64,000 nt of DNA, taken from NCBI GenBank assembly GCA_038245295.1, contig JBBRSP010000004.1, positions 224,001-288,000 on the forward strand, written 5' to 3'. The notes below the pieces were generated by a model, which was not told the origin of the DNA, searched no databases, and saw nothing but the letters and a program-made list of their open reading frames with translations. This stretch comes from Candidatus Binatia bacterium (GTDB lineage Bacteria > Desulfobacterota > Binatia > HRBIN30). The position numbers and the translations under genes are program-made. Numbering within the stretch: the stretch's first letter is position 1; the number at the start of each line of letters is the position of its first letter. Shown in pieces: positions 39,714 to 46,994 of this stretch.

Positions 39714-39874
39714 GCAGTTACGAGGTTGAGCGGTTGGCGATTAGGGGGTGCTGAGCAAACTCGCGAACGGCGCAACCGCGAACCACCGAATGGCCCCCTT
39801 CCCTTGTCACCAACCACAAATCCCGCTAACCACCCGCGACCTCGCGCCCCCGGGCGCTAGTAACTCTAAAGTAC

Positions 39875-39949
39875 GTCCCCGTCGTCTAGCTCGGCCCAGG
39901 ACACCGGCCTTTCACGTCGGCGACACGGGTTCAAATCCCGTCGGGGACA
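39875..39949 (+). tRNA. tRNA-Glu (anticodon TTC)
   Basis: Acceptor GTCCCCG/CGGGGAC, D arm, anticodon arm CCGGC-CTTTCAC-GTCGG, T arm ACGGGTTCAAATCCCGT; CCA not encoded. Confidence 0.95.
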
Positions 39950-40038
39950 CTCCCCCTCAGCCTGAGCCTACGCCTCGCCTTTGCCTTTTGACGGCTCAGG
40001 CTGAAGGCTTGGGCTTGGGCAAGAGGCTTAGGCGCAGG
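39927..40038 (+). repeat. Direct repeat copy 1 (tRNA 3' end plus hexamer-based hairpin)
   Basis: 112 bp; 4 mismatches against 41099-41210 by manual alignment. Confidence 0.9.
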
Positions 40039-40064
40039 ATGATGGGTCAGCCGTTCACCATTCT

Positions 40065-40457
40065 TCACCTCACGTGGTGATCCGCGGCGCCGGCTTTCGG
40101 CGCCGTTTTAGAACCAACACGCCGTTCCACACGAATGGGCACGTTGATCGCGGCGAGCCCTTTCAAAACGACGGGTGGGCGATCGGGAAACTGGGCGACG
40201 ATCCGCAGGTCTCCACCCATCGCTTCGACATAGCCCCGCAGGGTTGAGATCAGCAGATCCGTGCGTTGCTCGAGCCTCGAGATGCCTTCTTGGCCAATAC
40301 CCAGCGACTCGCCGACCCGCTGCTGGGTAAGCTGCTGAGCCTGACGCAGGTCTCGCAGCGACATTTCCTCGGCAATGAGTTCTGCCGCTCGGGTGACAAT
40401 CCTCTGGCGGCGGCGTTTACCGAGAGTGTTCATCTTTTCCTTTAACGTCGTGGGCAT
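40065..40457 (-). CDS. XRE-family HTH antitoxin (HigA-like)
   Basis: LRDLRQAQQLTQ...ISRLEQRTDLLISTLRGYVEAMGG; 3 bp downstream of the toxin. Confidence 0.9.
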   Translation of the reverse strand: MPTTLKEKMNTLGKRRRQRIVTRAAELIAEEMSLRDLRQAQQLTQQRVGESLGIGQEGISRLEQRTDLLISTLRGYVEAMGGDLRIVAQFPDRPPVVLKGLAAINVPIRVERRVGSKTAPKAGAADHHVR

Positions 40458-40460
40458 CGT

Positions 40461-40823
40461 TCACTTCCTCTCTTGTTTGAGCCGTGCCAGATGGTCATCG
40501 AAACGCTTGTCGGCCTTCTGGGTCAGTTGGCGGTAGAAACGTTTCTGGCTCCCGCCCGACTTGTCACCACAGACCAGCAAGATGGCCTTACGCTTCGGAT
40601 CGAATGCAAAGGCAACACGCCAGACGCCGCCAGAGGCATCAAATCGCAGTTCCTTCATGTTTGCGTGATACGATCCGTTGAGCGTATCAACGCGTGGCCT
40701 ACCCAAGGTTGGCCCGAACTGCTCCAGGAGTTTGGCATGCGCCAAAAGTTCGTCCTGGACGGACTCCTCGAACTCGTCGAATTCTGGCTCGAACGCTGGA
40801 TCGAAGAGGACAGTCCACGGCAC
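40461..40823 (-). CDS. RelE/HigB-type toxin (gp49/DUF891-like)
   Basis: GPTLGRPRVDTLNGS..NMKELR, WRVAFAFDPKRKAILLVCGDKSG; toxin-first order. Confidence 0.9.
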   Translation of the reverse strand: MPWTVLFDPAFEPEFDEFEESVQDELLAHAKLLEQFGPTLGRPRVDTLNGSYHANMKELRFDASGGVWRVAFAFDPKRKAILLVCGDKSGGSQKRFYRQLTQKADKRFDDHLARLKQERK

Positions 40824-40845
40824 CGGTCATACATGCCTCTGAATA

Positions 40846-40867
40846 CATATGCTGTCAACTGCATATG
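40846..40867 (-). promoter_or_regulatory. Putative antitoxin operator overlapping a -35 box
   Basis: Inverted repeat CATATGC-N8-GCATATG enclosing TTGACA on the minus strand (40853-40858); -10 weak. Confidence 0.6.
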
Positions 40868-41098
40868 CCTTGTTGGGTAGCCTTCGTCACCGGTGGAGGA
40901 ACCAGCACGCCTATGATGCTCGCGGAGCAGACCTTGGACCAGGTTTCAAAACCGTCGACGGGCGACGGTTTTCCGGGTCGGAGTGGGTCGAATAGGGGAT
41001 ATTACGGGATCGGCTGTATCTGAGTTTATTCCTGAATTTACTGAGGAAACCGTTACGTTTTCTGAGTTTTTTGCTTGTTCGCTGGAGTCGTTCGGATT

Positions 41099-41261
41099 GG
41101 GTTAAAATCCCGTCGGGGACACTCCTCCTCAGCCTGAGCCTACGCCTCGCCTTTGCCTTTTGACGGCTCAGGCTGAAGGCTTGGGCTCGGGCAAGAGGCT
41201 TAGGCTCAGGTTCGCTGCTCGCAGTGTTTTACCAGCCCGATGAGCATCGCGACGAGAACGT
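41099..41261 (+). repeat. Direct repeat copy 2 (attR-like tRNA 3' duplication plus hairpin plus tail)
   Basis: GGGTTAAAATCCCGTCGGGGACAC followed by the same hairpin; tail shared with copy 3. Confidence 0.9.
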
Positions 41262-41337
41262 CCGCGGGCCTCAGCCGCCTCCTTCCTTGCTATGGCTCGT
41301 GGCGCGCTGATAGGCGTGTGGTCGACAGTCAGGGGCA

Positions 41338-42723
41338 ATGTTGGACATCTCGCGAGTTTGGATTCGGACTTCCCTCCGTGTCGGCGTAATTGCCGTGACA
41401 ATGGGTTTGCCGCTCCACGCCATTGCTCTGGAGTCCCGAGGCGCTTCGCGTACCTTCATCGTCAACAGCACGCTCGACGCACCGGACGCGCTGGCCGGCG
41501 ATGGTATCTGTGCCACATCGACCGGCACATGCACCCTGCGCGCCGCGATTGAAGAGGCGAACGCCGTCGCCGGCGTCGACACAATCACCGTACCGGCCGG
41601 TAGTTACGGATTGCGGCACGGCGAACTCAGTATCGCCGATGACGTCATCATCACCGGCGCCGGCCAGGGGCGAAGTATTGTCGACGGCAAGTTGCGTAGT
41701 CGTTGCATCAATGTGTCCGGCCCGGTGAATGTCACGCTCAATGGGCTGACCGTACAACGCGGTCAAACACACAGCAGTGACGAAGTCGGCGATCCGTGTG
41801 GCGCCGGGTTGGCCAGCCCCTCAGGGGCCACCCTGACGCTCAACGACGTGGCCATTGATCGTAACCAGGCCCTTGCGGGGTATAGCGACAATACGCCCGA
41901 AGCTTTGGGTGGTGGTCTCTGTACTCGAGGAACCGCGGTGCTGACGAACGTCCGCGTGACACGCAATCGCGCAACGTATGGCGGCGGCATCTACACCGCG
42001 GGTATCACGACGATCACCGACGGCAGCATCACTCGCAACCGCAGCACAGGCAACAAATTCTTCAACCCTGCGGCCGGCGGGGGTGGAATCGAGAATGATG
42101 CCCAGCTGCGCTTGAGCCGCGTCAGCATCAGGCACAATCGGGCCGACGCGAGCTTGGCCGAGGGCGGTGGGATCTACAACCTTGGCGGACAGATTGACGG
42201 GACAGACATTGAGATCTCTCACAATATGGCGGTAGGCCACTTCTTCGGATACGCCACCTACGCGCTCGGAGGCGGGCTGCAGAGCGAATACGTGGAGCCG
42301 ATCTCAACGTCGAGCATCAAACTCGCCAATGTGCGCATCGAAGCGAATCGTGCGATTGCACGCGACAGCACGGGGACGGCCAACGGTGGCGGTATCGACT
42401 CCGAAGCGGGTCATTTGACACTGGATCACTTCAGGATTGTCGGCAATCGCGTTGCCGGCGGCGCCGAGGCGACGGGTGGCGGAACCATTGCCATCGGCGG
42501 ACCGAATCTGCTGAGCGACGGATTGGTGAGCCGCAACGTCGTGCGGTCTTTTTTTCCAGAATCCTTCGCGGTATGCGGCGGTATCGACGCACGATCCAGG
42601 ATCAACTTGAGCGGCGTCATCGTCACCTTCAACCGCGCCGTCGGCTTTTTCAACTCCAACGGCGGCCTATGTGCAGAGGACCCAACCCTGGAGAACGTCG
42701 TGATCTCCAACAATTACCCTTGA
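41338..42723 (+). CDS. CSLREA-domain secreted beta-helix protein
   Basis: FIVNSTLD...DGIC...CTLRAAIEEAN; repeated N.A..GGG[IL] units; start uncertain. Confidence 0.85.
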   Translation: MLDISRVWIRTSLRVGVIAVTMGLPLHAIALESRGASRTFIVNSTLDAPDALAGDGICATSTGTCTLRAAIEEANAVAGVDTITVPAGSYGLRHGELSIADDVIITGAGQGRSIVDGKLRSRCINVSGPVNVTLNGLTVQRGQTHSSDEVGDPCGAGLASPSGATLTLNDVAIDRNQALAGYSDNTPEALGGGLCTRGTAVLTNVRVTRNRATYGGGIYTAGITTITDGSITRNRSTGNKFFNPAAGGGGIENDAQLRLSRVSIRHNRADASLAEGGGIYNLGGQIDGTDIEISHNMAVGHFFGYATYALGGGLQSEYVEPISTSSIKLANVRIEANRAIARDSTGTANGGGIDSEAGHLTLDHFRIVGNRVAGGAEATGGGTIAIGGPNLLSDGLVSRNVVRSFFPESFAVCGGIDARSRINLSGVIVTFNRAVGFFNSNGGLCAEDPTLENVVISNNYP

Positions 42724-42852
42724 TCAGCCTGAGCTTACGCCTCACCTCTGCCTTTTGACGGCTCAGGCTGAAGGCTTGGGCTCGGGCAAGAGGCTTAGGC
42801 TCAGGTTCCCTGCTCGAAGTGTAACCCGATAGGCTGCGCGACGAATGAACGT
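42724..42852 (+). repeat. Direct repeat copy 3 (hairpin plus tail, no tRNA part)
   Basis: TCAGCCTGAGCTTACGCCTC...GGCTCAGGTTCCCTGCTCG begins at the base after the CSLREA stop codon; aligns to 41129-41261. Confidence 0.85.
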
Positions 42853-43044
42853 TGTCACGTCGCTTTGCCTCATCTCCGCACAGTTGTGCGGCCAGCGCCG
42901 TTATCCAGGTCCAGGGTGTCATGAGAAAGGCCAACGCGGTGCGGTTGCCGCCGATGGCGAGGCCGACGGCGGTCAGGGTCACGAACACCGTCGGAGTCGC
43001 CGCGGTAGTTCCCGCCTTCCCGCGCTTAAGGTAAAGAGTATGTA

Positions 43045-44994
43045 ATGGGCAACCGCTTGGACTTGCGGCGAGACAGGCAGCGAGCTTGCGTGACGGTAGT
43101 CGTTTTGGCGGTGGCTGTATTCGGAATCTACGGGCGCTTCCTCGGCGCGCCACTCATCTATGACGATTATCCAGGCATCGTGAACAACGTTTCGCTGCGA
43201 CGGCTCTGGCCGCTTTTTGGCACGGCCGGGGTCGCCGGCCCGTTGCTTCCGCCCGGCGGCCAACCGACAGAGCGTCGCCCGTTCTCCAACCTTACCCTGG
43301 CGATCAACTACCATTTCGGGGGAACCGACCCTGCGGGCTATCACCTCGTCAACGTCGTCCTTCATATCCTGACAGCGACGATGCTGGCGGCCCTGATTCG
43401 TCAAACACTACGTTTGCCCTACTTCGATGGTCAGTGGAACGAGCACGGCGGACTGCTAGCGCTCGCTATCACGCTTGTCTGGGCCGTTCATCCGCTGCAC
43501 ACGGGAGCGGTCATCGTAGCGATTCAGCGCAGCGAGCTGCTGGCATCCTTCCTCTATGTCATGACCATGTGGACGGCCCTGCGTTACTGGGGAGCGACGG
43601 CGCCAGCGCCGCGCCGGCTTTGGTTCACGGTGGCCATCGGCTCGAGTCTGGCGGCAATGACATCCAAAGAGATCGCTGCCTCGCTGCCGCTGGCCGCATT
43701 GTTCTACGAACGGACTTTTCTGGCGACCTCGTGGCGCCAGGTGCGGCGTTCTTGGCCCCTGGTGATCCTCATGACGCCAGGCTGGGGTCTCATAGGTATG
43801 ATGCTGTGGGCGAACCGCGACAGTGCTCGCTCGGCCTTCGCGACCTCGCGTTATGTCCTCCCTTTTAGCACCTGGTGGGTAACGCAGACGAAAGTCCTGC
43901 TGCTCTATCTCAAACTGGCGATCTGGCCGTGGCCGCTCTCAGTCCACTACGCGCCAACTTACCTGCAAACCTTCGACGCGGCGTGGCCGTGGCTTTTGGC
44001 GTTCGCGCTCCAAACCACAGCCACGACGGCCGTGGTTTGGCGACGCCCGGCCGCCCGCTTCGTCCTCGTCGTGATGGCAATGATTCTCGCCCCATCCACA
44101 CTCGTGCCGGTTTTCCGAATGATGGTCGCTGAGCAGCGCGTCTACTTGGCCCTCGCAGGGTTGATCACGCTAGGCGTGCTCACAGGCTATCGCGCGATCT
44201 TGGCCTATGCTCCCGTTCACGGCGACAGGCTCGCCGCCGGCGCCGTGGTACTGCTTGTTCTGATTTTCGGCAGCGTGACCACGCGCCGGCTGAGCGCCTA
44301 TGAGGACCACGTTACTCTCTGGCAAGACAACGTTCGAGACCAGCCGGACGATGCCACCGCACACTATAACCTCGCCCTGGTATTGATCACCGACAAACGC
44401 ACTCCAGAAGCGATGCATTCGTTGGAAGAAACGCTACGTCTTGATCCCGAGCACCAAGGCGCCCTCAACAACATGGGCATGCTGCTTGAACAGCATGTGG
44501 GCGCCCACCCGGAGGATGTCGCCGCCGTTAATCTCCTCGGCGAAATCATGGTGAAGTTAAACCACCCGCGCGAGGCCGTCGCGCAGTTCGAACGAGCGCT
44601 CGAAATCGAACCGGCCAACGCCGTAACTCACAGCAATATGGGAACCGCCCTCGCCGTGTTGGGGCGCACGGGCGAGGCCATCGACCAATTCGACACATCG
44701 CTACAGTTGCAGCCGGACCATCTGAAGACTCACTACAACTTTGGCGTGCTCCTGCTGGGCGCCGGCCGCCCCAGCGCGGCAATCGAGCATTTTCAGTACA
44801 TCATACGACATGACCCAGACGACGCGCTGACTCGTCTCAAATGCGCCATCGCCTATGCTCTCAGCAACGATCGAGAACAAGCCCTTGCCATGGCCGAGGC
44901 GGGCTTGTCGGTGGCGCAGGCGCGGCAACAGGACGCATTGGCCAACGAGATCCGCGCCTGGCTCGTCGACCAGCGCAGTCGACCCACTGCGTGA
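43045..44994 (+). CDS. Membrane protein with C-terminal TPRs (TMTC/DUF1736-like putative protein glycosyltransferase)
   Basis: IYDD first loop, RP...LAINY, YHLVNVVLH, VHPLHT, QRSELL, SKE, EQRVYL, TPR tail. Confidence 0.8.
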   Translation: MGNRLDLRRDRQRACVTVVVLAVAVFGIYGRFLGAPLIYDDYPGIVNNVSLRRLWPLFGTAGVAGPLLPPGGQPTERRPFSNLTLAINYHFGGTDPAGYHLVNVVLHILTATMLAALIRQTLRLPYFDGQWNEHGGLLALAITLVWAVHPLHTGAVIVAIQRSELLASFLYVMTMWTALRYWGATAPAPRRLWFTVAIGSSLAAMTSKEIAASLPLAALFYERTFLATSWRQVRRSWPLVILMTPGWGLIGMMLWANRDSARSAFATSRYVLPFSTWWVTQTKVLLLYLKLAIWPWPLSVHYAPTYLQTFDAAWPWLLAFALQTTATTAVVWRRPAARFVLVVMAMILAPSTLVPVFRMMVAEQRVYLALAGLITLGVLTGYRAILAYAPVHGDRLAAGAVVLLVLIFGSVTTRRLSAYEDHVTLWQDNVRDQPDDATAHYNLALVLITDKRTPEAMHSLEETLRLDPEHQGALNNMGMLLEQHVGAHPEDVAAVNLLGEIMVKLNHPREAVAQFERALEIEPANAVTHSNMGTALAVLGRTGEAIDQFDTSLQLQPDHLKTHYNFGVLLLGAGRPSAAIEHFQYIIRHDPDDALTRLKCAIAYALSNDREQALAMAEAGLSVAQARQQDALANEIRAWLVDQRSRPTA

Positions 44995-45081
44995 TCCGCC
45001 GTCTGGCAGCCTCTCCATCAGAACAAACGCCCGATTTCGAAGTGAGCCACGGCCGGAGCCACAATTTTTACGTCTCCGTGT

Positions 45082-46776
45082 TCAAGCGCCGCTCCTGATT
45101 GCCACTCCAGCGCTGTCTCCTTTGGCGGCGATCTTGGCCGGCTCGACCTCCGGGGCCTGCCCCAACTGATGCGCGACGAAACGGTTCAGCAGCATACGTT
45201 CAAAGTAGGTTCGCGGTTGTTTGCGCGCGATGCTGCGAGCCAGCAACCAAAGGCGGAAGGGCCTCAGGAGGAACTGCAGGACATAGAAGTAGGCCATTGT
45301 GCCGACACAGAGCCAGCTGACGGACCAGCCTGGGAGATGGCGCGTCCACGAGCGCCGGAGATTGAAGTTCGTGAAGACATTCTGTGCCAACGCGCGGTCA
45401 TACTCGTCACCGTCCGTAACGATCTGGCCTTCGGCAACCAGTTGATCGTAGAGCTCGCTGCCTGGGTATGGCGCGAACGCATAACACCCCAGGTCGTGGA
45501 CGCCGCTCGCGGCAACGCGTGTGGCGAATGCCAACGACTTGAGTACGTCGAGCTTGGTCTGTCCGGGCATTCCGAAAATGAGATGACACCGCGTCACCAG
45601 TCCGAGCTTCACGGCCTCGCGCATCGACGCGAGCATCTTCTCCGGACGAACCTTCTTCTTGATACGAGCCAGCTCGGCGACCGAGCCGCTTTCGGCAGCG
45701 TAGGCAAACGAATGACAGCCGCTCCGCTTCATCCACGAGAGCACCTCGTGATCGAGAGCCTCGGAACGGGTTCCCGACGGCATGGCCCATTGGATGTCGA
45801 GCTTCTCTTCGATCAGGATCTTGGCGAAGGCGATGATCCAATCCCTACGGACCACCATCGTCAGGTCTTGAAAGTCAAAGTAGCGTGCGCCGAACGTGCG
45901 GTAGTAGTGCTTGATCTCCTCGCACACCTTGCGTGGATCGCGCGGTATCCATTTCGTACCGAACATCTGCGGGCTGGAACAGAATGTACACTGGTACGGG
46001 CAACCTCGCGACGCAACGATGGGCATGCAGCGCGCGCTAACCGGACCGTTAGCCAGTTCGTTGTCGAGATAGTTGGACAACGGAACCGAACTCCAGTCAG
46101 GCCAGGGGATTTCGTCCACTTGGAGAATACGTTGCCGCGGCATCGTCGTGCGCACGCGTCCCTGCGCGTCGCGAATCGCAATTCCGGGAACATCGTCGAG
46201 GCTCAACCCCTGGCCAAAATGTGCAGCGATGTCGGCGATGGTTTCCTCGCCTTCGCCCAGGACGCAGCAAAGCACCTCGGGGACTCGGTTCAGAAGCCGC
46301 TCGTAGTCGGCGGTCGGATGTTCCCCACCGACGACGATCGGTACACCAGGGAACTTCTCGGCGATCCGGGCGATCGTGCGGCGGCAGTAGATCCACGAGT
46401 TGGAGAACATACAACTCACGCCGATCAAATCAACATCAAGCGGAATTCGCTCCACCACTTGCTCGGCGATCAGGCCGCTGATGGAGTAGCCCTCGGGGTC
46501 GCGAGTCAGCTGTCGGGGTGCCTCGCCGAAGGCGTCGATGATACGGACCCGATGGCCGGCCTTCTTGAGGTAAGCGGTCAAGTAGGCCAAGCCGATCGGC
46601 GGCGCGTCGAACATTGAGACGTTGTGCGCGGAAACCGGTAGTATCGCCGCTGGACGAACCAGGACAATCGACAGCGGCCTCTGCGGATCGAGCTTCGGTC
46701 GCAGAAAAGTCGCTTGTGAGCGGTTCGATTTACTATCAACGGCGTTGTGCAACGGGGGCAAGTGCGACTCCTCCAA
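45082..46776 (-). CDS. B12-binding radical SAM protein
   Basis: PPIGLAYL, VGGEHPT, GEGEET, SRGCPYQCTFC, AAESGS. Confidence 0.9.
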   Translation of the reverse strand: MEESHLPPLHNAVDSKSNRSQATFLRPKLDPQRPLSIVLVRPAAILPVSAHNVSMFDAPPIGLAYLTAYLKKAGHRVRIIDAFGEAPRQLTRDPEGYSISGLIAEQVVERIPLDVDLIGVSCMFSNSWIYCRRTIARIAEKFPGVPIVVGGEHPTADYERLLNRVPEVLCCVLGEGEETIADIAAHFGQGLSLDDVPGIAIRDAQGRVRTTMPRQRILQVDEIPWPDWSSVPLSNYLDNELANGPVSARCMPIVASRGCPYQCTFCSSPQMFGTKWIPRDPRKVCEEIKHYYRTFGARYFDFQDLTMVVRRDWIIAFAKILIEEKLDIQWAMPSGTRSEALDHEVLSWMKRSGCHSFAYAAESGSVAELARIKKKVRPEKMLASMREAVKLGLVTRCHLIFGMPGQTKLDVLKSLAFATRVAASGVHDLGCYAFAPYPGSELYDQLVAEGQIVTDGDEYDRALAQNVFTNFNLRRSWTRHLPGWSVSWLCVGTMAYFYVLQFLLRPFRLWLLARSIARKQPRTYFERMLLNRFVAHQLGQAPEVEPAKIAAKGDSAGVAIRSGA

Positions 46777-46994
46777 GCGCGAGGCGATAAAGCGACTGAA
46801 TGACCTCCTTACGCTGGTCCCGCGAGAACTGTCAACACAAGCGGCCGGAAGTGGTCGGAAGGTGGGGGCTCACACCGAGCTGCCACGCGGCGACGCGCTC
46901 CGAACGAGCCAAACGCCGCCGGAGATGCGCCAGCAACCCGGGGCGCTGAACAGGATAGACAGGATTGGCGCGCGGAGCGCCCGACTCTGCCCTA

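Noticed and set aside
41099..41122. Second tRNA gene
   Set aside because: Only the T-arm 3' part and acceptor strand are present; it is an att-like duplication
39950..42852. Classical integron
   Set aside because: No integrase and no attC R''/R' boxes recognisable in the repeats
42850..43030. Minus-strand hydrophobic stretch (TVFVTLTAVGLAIGG...WTWITALA) as a gene remnant
   Set aside because: No start, no recognisable family; cannot be supported
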